A stretch of DNA of 64,000 nucleotides from assembly GCA_028534125.1 (NCBI GenBank), contig CM052818.1, positions 6,016,001-6,080,000 on the forward strand, in the 5' to 3' direction. This DNA is from Lama glama (lineage: Eukaryota). Shown here in pieces: positions 1 through 12,850 of this stretch; within the stretch, counting starts at the first letter, position 1; the number at the start of each line of letters is the position of its first letter. Under the pieces are notes generated by a model. The model was not told the DNA's origin. It searched no databases and worked only from the letters and a program-made list of their open reading frames with translations. The position numbers were made by a program, and so were the translations under genes.

Positions 1-615
1 ATCTTCCCCCGAAACTGAATTCTGAGTACTTTATTTTATTTTACTTTTTCATTCTGAGTACTTTATTTTGATGAGATCTGTATTTGGAGTTTATAAATGT
101 GAAGCTAGGAAGGTGGACACTAGACTAGGGCTCCTGGCCCAGATGGACTTGCTGAAGTTCCTTCTCTTCCCAAGTGTGGAAAGTGAGTGTCAGGGAGGGA
201 CCAAATGTGTGACTCTAAGGTCAGGTCACTGTTTTCAACCTGCAGGGATCCACCTCTTAGTGGGTTATGACATAAATGTAGTGGTTAGAGTCATCATTAA
301 ATCAATGCCACAGAATAGAACACAATACTAAGAAAGACTACAATGCACAAGGTAAGGACAAATATTGTTTTGTAAGGTTCCTCTCTCTCTTGATATATGT
401 ATGTCATATGTATAAAATGGGCCGTGATATGACACATTGATGTATTTCTTACTATGGGCCATGGTTAAACAATTTTGAAAGCTCTTAGAGGAGGTACCTT
501 TTGAATAGGGGCATGAGTGAATGTACGCCATGTGTGGGATGATGGGTCAGCTCCTAAGGTCTCACTGCAGCTGGCAAAGACTAGGAAAGAGCAGAGATTA
601 TGAGGAAAAAGTTAA

Positions 616-658
616 GTGTGTGCATGTGTGTGTGCGTGCACGTGTGCGTGTGTGCGTG
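616..658. repeat. Compound (TG/CG/CA) microsatellite, unbroken purine-pyrimidine alternation
   Basis: GTGTGTGCATGTGTGTGTGCGTGCACGTGTGCGTGTGTGCGTG, read directly. Confidence 0.9.
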
Positions 659-816
659 ATAGTTTATTTACGGACTTCTTGCGGAATAAAAGGTGTACCA
701 AGGAGTCTAGTAGACAAATACACAACACTAGTGCACATACAATGTAGAAGTAACAGCACATATATGCTTCTGGAGAACTCGATTAACCAAAGATTATACG
801 ACAACCCCTTCAAAGG

Positions 817-1033
817 CATAGGTCAATAAACTACAGCCCGTGGACCAAACCCACCCACCGCCTGTCTTTGTAAATAAAGTTCTATTGGGACACCATCACG
901 CTTGTTCCTTTACGTGCGCTATGGCTGCTTCTGCCCGACAGTGGCAGGGTTGAGCAGTCACACTGAAGACCAGAGGGCCCACAGAACCTAAAATATTTAC
1001 TTTCCGGCCCTTTACAGGGCTGACACATCCTCT
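817..1033. mobile_element. MER58A-like hAT-Charlie MITE
   Basis: Matches recalled MER58A consensus blocks: ggtcaataaactacagcccgtgg, tttgtaaataaagttctattgg, ctatggctgcttctg, cctaaaatatttactttccggccctttacag. Confidence 0.85.
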
Positions 1034-3904
1034 AAGGTAATGCCTTGTAATTCAGAATCACAGAGGTATTCAGACCAGGGACACCCACTCGCAGTCTTCA
1101 GTCCTGCGGAGGTTCTGTGCGACACATCCCGGGAAAGCCCAGCCTGCCTCCTGACTGCAGGATCTCTGTCTGCAGGTACTGGTTCCCTTGGGCCCGCTGC
1201 ACAGCTCTAACCAGCCCTCTTTTCTGAATAGACATCGGTGCGTATTTTCTCACTTAGTTATCCATCTGCAGGGAGAAGAGGCAAAACATGACTATCTGGG
1301 CGCAGAGATGCACCCACTAAATCAGGTGAATTAAAGCTGGAGGTGTGCAGGCGAGTACTCCTGGGAGAGCAGCGAGGCAAGAGCCAGAGGGGCTGTACTG
1401 AACCTGACCCACAGCCCCCATCTCTTACCCCTCCCCAAGGGTGAGCACTGCCAGAAGAGAGATGGGGAGAGCGGAAAGAGAGAGTGCAAGTGTGTCCCCG
1501 AGGTGCGGCTTTCAAAACTGGCTATGAACTCAACAGGCTCTGAAGCTTTCTGAACCTGGACACACCAGTCATGTTTGAAAGTGCAATGGGATGTCCTCGA
1601 CTTTGCAGTTCGGCCCTCCTTTCTCACGTTTTTATTCTTTTCACTAAAGTGTTGTGTTAAATATGTCACTTGGTGGGATTGGGTTATTACCACTTTGCAG
1701 GACTTTTCAGATGAGAAAGCCCACAAATCAGAGAAAATCCTGCCAGAACATGTGCTGAAATTCCTGGTTCACAAAGTTTTGTCACCAAATCTAGAAACCA
1801 GAAGTGGGACCCACCTCCAAAATGATGGTGGGACTAAAGTTCCCTTTCCAAGTCATCAGCCTGGCCCGCCGTCCTTTGGCACAGCGCTCCTCGCCATTCT
1901 GATCCCCGTGGTTTCTAGCACCATCAGAGGCTCCCCAGCACAGGTGTCTGAGGCTAGTCATGGGGCTCCCTCACAGTGCTGCACTTGGGGATGTTGGCTG
2001 TAAACCTCACCCTAACAATAGAAGGAGACTTTGCTCCACGGAGAAAGCGGTGAAAGAAACTGAGGGCAGGGAGCGCCACATCCCCGTGAGAGAGAAGTCA
2101 CGACATGCAGTTGGTAAATTTGTTCCACGGATGGCTGGGAAGGACCTGAGAACCCTGGCTGAAGGCAGACTAATTTGAAACTGGAACCTTCAATTAGTAA
2201 TGAAGGGCAAATTCCTTGCTTGATTCTTGAGTTTAGTCTCCAAATGGTTCAAGGAATTTCTACTTCGTTCTTCAGCTTCCACTCCTGTGACACAGAGCTG
2301 GTGAGGAAGGCTATCAGTGGGAAATGCATATTACTCTATTCTTTGCAACTCCAGGGCACAGCCACGTGATAGCCAAGATGAGAAATCTGGGTATGCGCCC
2401 AGAATAGTGGGTGAGTTTCTCTCCAGCCCCTTGCTGGCAGTTTCATCGTCTAAAGTGGTTTAAGGGAGAGTGACCCGGGGTTGGGACTGTCCCAGAATAG
2501 TCATATCCATCAGAAAGGCTCTGAGGTGCAACACACCTGGCCCAGCTTCCACTCTTGGGTTTCCTCCTCTGGGCCCCGTGCTGGCCAGAAATTTCTTTCA
2601 GCATTCATGGTTGCAGAGAGCCAGTTAGCTGCATGTCCTTACAACTCTAGCCATTTTCAATCCCCTCCCAATCCAACACTCCAGGCTGGCTCTCCTACAA
2701 TTCACACCACAAGCCTAGAATTTTTCTCCTTTTGGCACCACTAAGGGGAGAGGTGTTGAAAAGAAGCCGGAGCAGATGGGGATGGGATTCCATTACTTTG
2801 TAAATATCTGAATGGCATTTCTTTTTAATTCGACATGAGAGTTTTAGCATGTTTAAAAATTTCCCTACCCTAATTACAGAGCCCATTTTATTATAGGTGC
2901 ACACACCTCGCTTGTAGCTGGTGATGTTTTGGCTCTGAGGTTGGTTGCTGTGTGAGAATTCCATCCCGGGTGCTGTTTTAGGTCTGTTAGTAAGTGGCTT
3001 AGCACTTGCCAGTTTCCCTCCCTGGGTAATGACAGAGATGCTAACACAATAGCAAAGCTGCTAATCCCAAACACGTTACTAATAAGGCAAGCTGCCTAGC
3101 TAGAGGTTGCAGACAGGATGGGGAGACGGCTGTGGAAATGCTAATACGGGAACTCACGCTCTCTCTCATGCCCATGGATTTGTGGATAATGAGGAATGTC
3201 CTGCTTTCCTCAGAATATCACTGCACTTATTCAACTCAGAGCCTCTTCGCTAATCACATGCCGCCAATTGATGCTTGGTATTTGAGAGGCGGTGAAGATG
3301 AACAGTCAGTGTGGATGCGTTTCACCCCATGGAGGACACCCAAAAGGTTCCTGTGGGACTCAAATTTCTTCCTCATTTTTGACATGCTTCTCTAGGTGAT
3401 GTATTGACCCTTGGGGCACATGGTAGATTCTGTAGCTATTTAGTTGTGAAAAAGAAAATCAATAAACGTGTGAATGAAAGCAAACCCTTCTCCACCTGGG
3501 TTAGAGCTTCAGGACAGAGCAAAGTCAAAGAGGCTGGATATTGCATAATTTGTATCAAATGTAGCTTTGGAAGCATGATGTGGCCCAGTTGAAGAACTCC
3601 AAGGAGATGGAAGGAAGGAAGAAATCATGGAAACTGAGTCCTTCCTTTCCCTGGAGACCAGGTGCAGGCAGTGGAGGAGGAACCACATAAACTTCAACTT
3701 GGATTTAGATACAAAAACTGCACTGTGGACAACTGATTTGATCTTTGCACAGCCTCAGTTCTAGCTCAGAATCTCCTTGTCCTGGACATGCTTAAAGTTT
3801 GCTAAAACTCACCCTAGGATAGGTTTGGTGGTGATGGAGGGGTAGCCACTGACCAAAATGATATATCTTGCTTGGCATATAGTTCTGGAAAGCCATAAGT
3901 AATT

Positions 3905-4078
3905 CCTCTACTTAGTCATAAATTAGAATAACTTTGGGAGCTTTAAAATAATATCATGGTTTGGGTTCACCTCTGTAGACTGGGCTTCAGTCAGTGTAGC
4001 ACAGGCTCCTGAGAATTATAGTTTCCAAAACCTTCCAGGTGATTCTGGTGCTGTACCACATTTGAGAAGAATGTCTAT
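3905..4078. mobile_element. MER5-family hAT-Charlie MITE (degraded)
   Basis: attagaataactttgggagctttaaaa ... ccttccaggtgattctggtg ... tttgagaagaatgtcta resembles MER5A/B. Confidence 0.6.
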
Positions 4079-4292
4079 GTTTTCCAGACTTAAAAAAATT
4101 TTTAATTAAAGGTTTTTTTTTAAAGGAGATTGGCTTCAAAGTTGTCAACATTTTACTTTACCAAGTTAAGGGAAAAGATAATATCTACTATCACCATCAT
4201 TTCATAATAAAAAGGACAGATTAACACCAAGGAAAGAATTGGACTTGCAGGTCTTTCAACACATTTAACTTTATAAAAAAATCATTCTGTTG

Positions 4293-4757
4293 CCACACCC
4301 ATGTTCATAGCAGTATTGTTCACAAAAGCTACCAAAAGGTGGAAGTAACCCAAGCGCCCACTGATGGATGAATGGATAAACAAAATGTGGTATATCCAAC
4401 CAAAGGAATGTGATTCAGCCACAAAAGGAAGTAAATTCTAACACATGCTATAACACACATGAACCTTGAGGACATTGTCCTAAGTGAAATAAGCCAGTCA
4501 CAAAACATTATTTCATTCTACTTACATGAGATGCTCAGAGCAGCCAATTCATAGAGACAGAAAGTAGAATGATGGATTCCAGGGTTTGGGGGTTGGGGAG
4601 TTACTATTTAATGGGTATGGAGTTTCAGCTGCAGAAGATGAAAAAGTTCTGGAAATGGATGGTGGTGATGGTTACACAACAATATGAACTTGCTTAACGC
4701 TATTGATGGTGAAATGTGTATTATATGTATATATGTATATTTTACTTCAATTAAAAA
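4293..4757 (+). mobile_element. Old LINE-1 3' end (L1MB-like; end of ORF2 plus 3'UTR)
   Basis: cccatgttcatagcagtattgttcaca, gatggatgaatggataaacaaaatgtggtatatcc, ctaagtgaaataagccagtcacaaa, gaaaaagttctggaaatggatggtggtgatggtt, ending in an A-rich tail. Confidence 0.92.
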
Positions 4758-5407
4758 TTTTCACGTAAGAGCCTTAATGTTTCTCATGTTGTGTGCATTC
4801 AAAAGCCACTGCTTAGGATAAAGTAATCTCCTCTGGCTTAGAGGGAGGAAGTACTAGTGTGAGCACAGCCCAAAGGGCCCCATCCAGTTACCCAGGCGCC
4901 GCTCCAAGTCGGAAAGCTTTGCCTCCAGATAGGCTGCAGCAACCCAGCCCAGGCTGGGTGACGGAGAGGCGCTTCCAGGCTATAAAGCACATTAGCCATG
5001 GCCCTGGAGAAACTAAACAATCTCCTCAATCATGCAATTGCTCTAGACCAGGGGTCAACGTGTCCTTAAAAGTACTTGATCTGTTTTATGGGCAGAGATG
5101 CCTAGGGGATGATGGACTCAAGAACATTTTCAAGGAACCAGAGATTTGGCCTCAAGAGTTGTCTGAGCAGGCAACAACAGCGGGGCACCCCTCGTGTTTT
5201 CCTTCACAAAGCAACGGAGCAGAGTAGAAAAGAACCGCATGGAGGTTAAAAGCAGAGCAATTCAAGACCCACAGGAAGCCATTTACAGACAAGATGTTCT
5301 CGGAGACAGTTAACTGTCAGTGAAATTACAGGATTACATGAAGAGCAGTATCGTTCTTTATTGTAGTAGTTGCTTCAATTAACATATGTGTCCACGTAGG
5401 TCACGAA

Positions 5408-5455
5408 CATGTACATGCATACATATATATATATACACACATACACACATGTATG
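5408..5455. repeat. (TA)/(CA) compound microsatellite
   Basis: catgtacatgcatacatatatatatatacacacatacacacatgtatg. Confidence 0.8.
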
Positions 5456-6059
5456 AAATGGAGGTTTGTTATGACAGGTTAGTACATTTAAAAAATTCAG
5501 ATTAACCTGTTCTTAGCAACAGAGACCCTGCTAGCCTCCAAGGTGAGCCCTATAGCTGGAATTCATAATCATGAAATTCTCGTACTGCTTTAAGGATCTC
5601 TGTGGGTGATAATAGAGCACTAAAATAGCTAGCATTGCATCGATGTTTCTCACTCTCTACATTTGTTTAATTCCTCTGCCAGAGACACATACTTAACTTG
5701 TCTTGGTAGATTTTTGTAATGTGCCTTTCAAATGGAAAACTGTATTCAAGCATTCCAATTTTATCAAGTGGCAAAAACACCCAGGCTGTTGGCCAAAATT
5801 TGCATGTTTGTTACTGCATTCCGTACCCAGCTATCTCAGGGCTGAAGAATAATAACAATTTTCTGAAATATTATTGGAGCCATAATTCTGGAAGCAGGTT
5901 AATTCACTTAACCATTTCCATTAAAGCAATAATTATTGGCACATAATCTCAGGAATCACCATGCACAGAGATAATCAATTCCAGTTGTCTTTTTAGCTCA
6001 ATAAATGCTTGCTACGTACCCACTGTGTGTAACGCTCTATAACTTCTCATCTTTATCTA

Positions 6060-6235
6060 GCACTTCAGAACTATGAAAGTCATGTTCATTATCTCGTTTA
6101 TTTCTGACAGAATCTGTGAGGAGGATAAGCAGGTTAACATACAAGGAAACTGAGGCACAGGGAGATGAAAGGCTTTGCTCAAGATCTCAGACCTGGGAAG
6201 TGATATAGTCACAGATGAACCCAGATTTCCTCAAG
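6060..6235 (-). mobile_element. MIR SINE
   Basis: Reverse MIR core aggaaactgaggcacagggagatgaaaggctttgctcaagatctcag. Confidence 0.75.
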
Positions 6236-6587
6236 CCTCTTCTGGTCTTCTCTGTGCTGCCCCTTATTACCCCTCCTCACTGTCACCACTCATTGTTGGT
6301 GTTTATCTGAAATTACCCTTGGCTAGTCCCCTGAGCAATTTTTTTGTGCCAATTTTTTTTTTTCCCTAGAGTGCTCTACAGCCTCACTAAGCAACATTCC
6401 ATGTGATCTAAACAGCCTTCTTTTCATAAGCTGGGCTACCCTGTCTACCAGTAAATGCCATTCAATTCGCCTGCTTTCCCCAACACTAATGATAGCTTTG
6501 CATGCCTCTTCCTTCCAGGAGGAGAAATGAGAGGGGAAGCCTTGCCTTTGCCCCAGTGTAGGCGGTGTGACAGGATGGGCAGAGATG

Positions 6588-6735
6588 TCTGGGAGTCAGG
6601 AGACCTGAGTTCTGGTCTTGGTTCTGCTGTTGACTGGACTTGGACAAGGCACACCACCACCACAGGCCTTAGTGTCCTACTAGAGAGGAACTGTGACATC
6701 TCTTCTGACCTTCTCAGAAGGATGAGGTTAACAAC
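6588..6735 (+). mobile_element. MIR SINE
   Basis: ctgggagtcaggagacctgagttctggtcttggttctgc ... ggccttagtgtcct. Confidence 0.7.
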
Positions 6736-9700
6736 GAACGGGTGGATTTGAAGATACACTGTATTTTAATGTAAATGTTGCCAAGTCTTTTTAGTATTCC
6801 AACTAACATTAAACGTTGGGGGATAAAGAAAAGTTCATCACTGTCCTGAGTCAAACAGATTTTTAAATTACATTTCTATATGTTTGTAGGTGGAGAGTAT
6901 AGCTGGGAATGAGGAAGGAGATAGAATACCGCCTTTCATTTCAGAGATCCGATGCCTTTGAAATACATACTAAGTCTCAATTCTCTGACTACTGGTTATC
7001 CACTTTTGTAGATTCCAAGCACCAGAATCAGACAGTATTTCTCCATCTGCCATGTGCAGAAAAACAGAAATATCTGGATTGATAGTTTAACATGGACCTC
7101 AGTGAAGATACAAATAAAATCATCTGAGAATAATAGCTATAAGAACAATACATAAATATTTATATAGAATGGACTGAAAAGGATCCTGATTATAACCTCC
7201 ACGTCCTGCTCATTAAGGATCTAGTGATAACCTTTAACAAACGTGACCAGAGAAATCATCTTTTAGCCTTTTTTCCATGTCTGAGATCTTATTGTCTCAA
7301 ACCTTCAGCACTGAGATGGCTGTTTTTAACAGAAAAATTAATTTTCTTTCTATGTGCATTAGCTACTTTTTAAGAACTAAAACTTAACCAGTTTACACCT
7401 ATGAAAAATTCTTCCAACATACTCTGCAAGTGATTAGTGACAGCTTGACTACTTGTCAATAAAATGGTGACAGGATCCTTTAGTCCCATGTCTCTCAAAT
7501 CCCAGCTTTTAAAATCTGCCTTCTTTCTACCTGAGTCAGCATCTTCTCTGCTGTGAGGTATTGGGAAGAACATTTTACATCCCTTTTCATGGAAACAGTT
7601 ATTTTCTACTTGAAGTACCAGCTGAAAAAGATCAGCCACTGCATGGCACCACATTGCCTCCCGCGTTACACATTGTTACCCGTTGAACTCAGCCCGGCAC
7701 TCATTGCTCACAAGTAGTGCAGGGAAATAACGGTTTAATCACCTCCTGTTCAATATTGTAAAGTTTCTGCTCTTTCTCTCAGGATAGATCTGCACCACAA
7801 GAAGAAAGCCCTTGGATGACCTGAGTGGGTTGAGAATCACGTCAAAGATCAGCCAAGATTTTTCCTAATCTCCTTTCCTTTCACAGTTTAGTTTGGAAAG
7901 CACATCCTCTCTGTGCCAGGGCTTCAGCCTGAGGAGATTTGTCTCCAGTATTTGGATTACGAGCAGGTTAATTACCTGCAACTGATTGCACTTGTCTTCA
8001 CGAAGGTCTGTAGGAAACAGGAGCACTGCTTTTTCTCTGCCCATTGGACCATGACAGAAGAGTCGTTCAATAACTCATCCTTTCTGGCCACTTCCAAACA
8101 AAGGATTCTCTCAGGGAGAAAAATTCCTAAACAATGTCTCCCTCAAAAAAAAAAAAAATTCAAGATTGTCCGATCTGACCTCTGGGTCTGAGAACAAGTT
8201 TGTGTAACTCCAGGAAAGGCAGGCACAAGCAGTCTGTTTGCCACTCGTTTGTCTCTTCAAGAGCAGAATGGCCTGCAGTGCGCTGGGGAAGGCCCCACCC
8301 ACCACTGGCTGCGTCCTTTCTCTAGCTGGCTCCTGGCTGCTCTCTTAGGGAGAAAGGATCAAAATGTTAAAAAATTTAACATTTCTCTGTGATGTCCTCC
8401 CTTGGTATCCTTGCATCCTCAGGGGCAGATAACAGAGGCTCAGACAAACAGAAAACAGTCAAATGGGCACCATTAGGATTGTAAGTCAGTAGAAGATGAG
8501 CTGGACCCCCAGTGAATCGTTATGCAGCCAGGCAGAGAGGTGATCCCAATGACTTGTCATCACTGCTCTGGAGCTGAGGGTCTCCGGGGTTGCGAGACCA
8601 TGAACACTGGCTGGGCCAGAGGGACTGAAGGTGGACCTAACATCTACTGCAGGTCACGAATTAACTCATTTTGTAGAGAAGTGTTCATGGAAAGCTCCTC
8701 TGGGGGAAAAAGAGGCTGGTGATCCAGATACACAATATAGGGAACAAACAGATGTGCTGTTTTTTCTATGGATGCCTGAGGGCCACATTTGCTGCCTGAG
8801 CTCAATAATGCTTCCTCTTTAATGCTGAGAAGTGTCCCAGTTTGGTAGATGAGTTATGCAGTCACCCTAGCGAAGTGATATTTGGACATTATTCTCCAAA
8901 AGGAATGGGATCATTGACCATGCACGTGGTTGGTCAGGCAAATCCTGTGTTTGTGTGAGAAGCGCTGTAAGTGAAGCCTTCTGTTAAGGCAGCACTGGGT
9001 ACAAAATGTAAAAGAGAAACAATTCTTACCCAGCTAATCAAACCCAAATGCATGAAGCCCCGAGGGAATGTACGCCTGATGTTTCTGAGACAAGATTTTC
9101 TCAACTCACCTTCCCCTTCACTTTATGACATGAACACAGAGCCAGGGCATTCTGATACCGGGGATGGCTGAAGAGCCATTTATTACCTATTATCTGTAGA
9201 CCGCGAGCAACACGCAACTCTAAAAGTAAATGGGAAGAACTGGGAACACCGCAGACTTGTGGAAGAATGAATTCCACTGTTTGAATACCCAAAGCCATAA
9301 TCGTTGCACCCACGCTCTGACAAAATTGGTGAAAGAAATGCCGTTTGGTGCCATGTGCAATGCCCCAGCCACCACCCCCAGAACTCCCACTGATGCAGGT
9401 ACATAAAGGTCTTGTAACAGCTCTTCTCTTCATCCTGCTGGGTTGATGTCTGAAGATGACTGACATCAGCTGAGTGTCTTATTTCAAAATATGCTTTGAG
9501 TTGATACATCATAAATTTTTATCATTGGACACAGTTCTCCATTTCATTGGCCATTGCCCCTGTTACTAACTAAATAACAGTTTAGTATTACTAGCATTGA
9601 AAGAATCTAACTTTGATCTCAGAATAAAATATGAATTTTTTTTTAGAAGACTAACTCTGAAAAAAAGGTCAGGGAAGGGAGGGCTGACTGTCCTATGGCA

Positions 9701-10602
9701 AGAAATTAAAATTGGATACAATGATGTTTAAAAAAAAGGTTTTATAACTTTAGATTAAACAGACATGAGGTATTCAATTAAAATGATTTCTGAGGTTTTA
9801 AAACCATCATGTTCAGTGATTAATATAGTAAATGTATATTTGATTGAAATATTAAGCAGAAGGGAAATAAATAACAGAGTTTTAAAAATATATATTCTCA
9901 TTAGTAATGCAGGCCTGAAGTACAAAGTCCAATAAAAATATGGCTTGCTTCTGGAGATGAATAATATTATTTACGGAACTCTTTTGAACAAGTCAGGATG
10001 TTCTCATTTGCATATGTAGCCTGATTGGTGAATTATGACCCAGGATTCCAAATCATTGTTCTCTAAACCTGAGCCCAGTAATAGACCTTGTAGGCCAACC
10101 TCCTTTCTTTTGCCTGTTTCTCTCACTTTCTTTACTGTGTAGTCTGGACTTGGGTGGGACATCCGGATGGAGTAAAGATTACTGCTCCATCATGTGAAAA
10201 CAACTGGGTGAGTTGCAAAAGAGTCTGTCAAGTATTTGGTGCCATGGAGGGTTAAAAATTATTTTTAAAGTCTTGTGTGATTGGATTTAATCCATCGATC
10301 CATTTGAGGTTTTATATTACTATTATTTTTTTACTATTTAAGTGAAGACCACAACTAATGCGGGGAAACACTAGAAAGGGAAAAAGCAATGGTCCAGCTC
10401 TAGAGGGGAGCCAAAGGTAGGAGCAGTCGTCAATATTTAGCTATAAACTTGCCTATGAATAGGCCACAAAATCTCCAAATAACATGCAGTGCACGTACAG
10501 CCTTACATATCCTCCTCTGGCACTGCTAAGCAGCTGTCTGGCTCTGAGCAAGCCCATATGGTCTCTTTGGCCTTTGGTGGGGCCTGACCCACAAAATAAG
10601 GG

Positions 10603-11130
10603 CATTCATGTACTTTTCACTCAAGCAGCATTCTCTGAGCACTCACTCCAGGTCAGGCACTGGGAGAGGCTCTAGGAATCCAATGCTGAGTGAGAAACAG
10701 GGATAGCCTTGTCTTCCTGGAGTGATCCCTCTCAAGGGAGGCATCGTGATTATTTCATCACACAAACAACTGCAAAAATTGCAACTGATACGTGCACCAC
10801 TACACAAAGGAACATGTGCTGTGAGGGTCCACAGTAGGGGAGGGGCCTAGTGGGGGAGGCCAGGAAGAGGTAGGAAATAGCATGTGCAAAGGCCCAGTGG
10901 TGGGAGGAGGCAAAATAAATATGAAGGACTGAAAACAGGCCAGTGTGACTACAGCCTAGAGAGCAAAGCTGAGTAGCATGGAGAGAATGCTGGGAAGGTC
11001 AAGTAGGGGTCAGACCATGCACAGCTTTGAGGACCATGTTACACAGTTTTGGCTTTACCTAAGAGTCAATGGAAGGTCACTGAGGGGGTTTTAAAATAAA
11101 GAATAATATAATCAGAATTGAAACGTTCAC
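10603..11130 (-). mobile_element. L2 LINE, 3' part (left piece, interrupted by an LTR)
   Basis: Reverse L2 tail cattcatgtacttttcactcaagcagcattctctgagcact; aatagcatgtgcaaaggcccagtggtggga; tcactgagggggttttaaa. Confidence 0.8.
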
Positions 11131-11514
11131 TGTGCCACACAAACTCCCCCTCCAAAATGATGAATCTATTACCCCGACTGCTGAGAGTCCTGCCAAACAG
11201 CCCTCAGCTGTCAAATCCCTTTGGTAATTGCCTGAACTGCAGAGCCGTGGTACCCAAGGTTATGCTCCTCACATCCTGATCAGTGCAGAGGTATAAAGAC
11301 CTATGAAGACCAGGCCTGCTCCTCTCAGCTTGGGACAGCACTGAAGGTTCCCCACCATGCTGGCTGAGGCTTCAGCTGACTCTTCATTCCAGCTCAACTT
11401 CTCCCTCTGTCCAAGCTTCCTTCCTTTCCTCTCCATAAGAATCACTGCCTAATCAACTTCTTGAACTCTAGTCTCCATCTCAAGCCAGCTTTTTAGGAAA
11501 CCCAACCTGGGACA
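11131..11514 (+). mobile_element. LTR16C-like ERVL solo LTR nested in L2
   Basis: TG...CA ends; cagccctcagctgtca, gtacccaaggttatgctcc, cagctcaacttctccctctgtccaa; terminal ggaaacccaacctgggaca. Confidence 0.8.
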
Positions 11515-11980
11515 GCCTAGAAGTAACAAGAGGATGATCTGGAGAGGGGCTGGTGGTGACAGTAGTAGCCCAAGTCGATAATTGAAGACAGTGGTAGCTG
11601 GGCATACGGTGATGAAGAGAGACGTAGGGAGAGTGAGCAGATTTAGGAGACATTTAGGAAGTAAAAACTAATAGGATTTGTGATGGAGTGGAGATGGGGA
11701 AGAGTGATGACAGAGAGTGAGAAATCAAGTGTGACGCCCCGCTCCCTAGAGTGCACAGCTGGGAATACTGAAAAGAATCTGGTGAGAGGAAGAGAGGAAA
11801 AATTTCCTCTTGGCACTTGTGGAGCTGAGACATTCCAGTAGAGTTTGGAAGGAGGGCATTGACAAAAGACCCTAGGTCACTGGAATATGTGTCTAGAACA
11901 TAAAGCCAGCCACGAACATGGATGGAGGGAATGACTTAGGGAAAGAGAATATACTGCAAAGAGAAAAAAGCCTAGCTCTA
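11515..11980 (-). mobile_element. L2 LINE (right piece, resumes after the LTR)
   Basis: gatttaggagacatttaggaagtaaaaactaataggatttgtgatggagtggagatgggg; purine-rich, L2-like. Confidence 0.7.
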
Positions 11981-12423
11981 GACCTGGGGGATTAATCTCA
12001 ATGTTCTTCCCAGTTCCGGTATTCTATTTTCCCACACCTTTCTGAGCTCTCGAAGTGGATTTCATAACTTTTTAGGAGTAATGACCTCCTTGAGAACTGT
12101 CCACAATTTCCGAGGGTCCCCCACCTCTAGGCTAATCCCTAGACCCCTTAGTGATCCAGCCTCCAGGACATAAGTTCACACTCTACAGGAAGACTCTGCT
12201 TTTATAACCCTAGCACTTCTGCAGCATCTTGTGCAAACTGTGTTTTTATGTTTAAGCCTCCAGCTGATAGCCATCTTCATGGTCCAACAAGGACTCTTAA
12301 GGAACGCCGAGTACCTGAAATACCTGCGCTTCCATGTCATTAGGCAGAGGTGGTACCTCTCTTCATCACCAGTCATGTTCGGGGCTGCCCTGGCTCAGAG
12401 GAAGAGTAGTTCATCCCACTGAA

Positions 12424-12610
12424 CAGGGTTTGGCAAACCTTTTGTGCAGAGGGCCACACAGTAATTACTGTAGGCTTGCGGGACACATAGGCTCTCTGTC
12501 GTGTATACCACTTCTTTCTTTAAAATACCCCTCTCAAGTGTAAAAACCACTCAGCTAACAGGGCACAAATAGACGGACTGTGGGCCACCATTGTAGTTTG
12601 CCGACTCCTG
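12424..12610. mobile_element. MER58C-like hAT-Charlie MITE with both TIRs
   Basis: TIRs cagggtttggcaaac and gtttgccgactcctg; internal gggccacacagtaat...aggcttgcggg and tgtaaaaaccactcagct. Confidence 0.85.
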
Positions 12611-12689
12611 CCACAGAAGACCATCAACTCTGCAGTCAGACCAATTAAAACTGCGTTTCTCCTCCCCTGGGCATCCTAGCATCTGAACT

Positions 12690-12850
12690 TGGAGACAGTC
12701 TTCAACCTTTTGAGGACTCTGTTTTCTCATCTGTTTTATATATACACACACACACACACATATGTATCTACCTCTTTGGGTTGTTGTAAAGCCTAGAAAT
12801 AAAGTATATTCAATACCCATCCACGTACCTGACACACAGAAGTTGCCTCG
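12690..12850 (+). mobile_element. MIR SINE with an internal (TA)(CA) microsatellite
   Basis: ctctgttttctcatctgt ... tatctacctctttgggttgttgtaaag ... cctgacacacagaagt. Confidence 0.65.
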
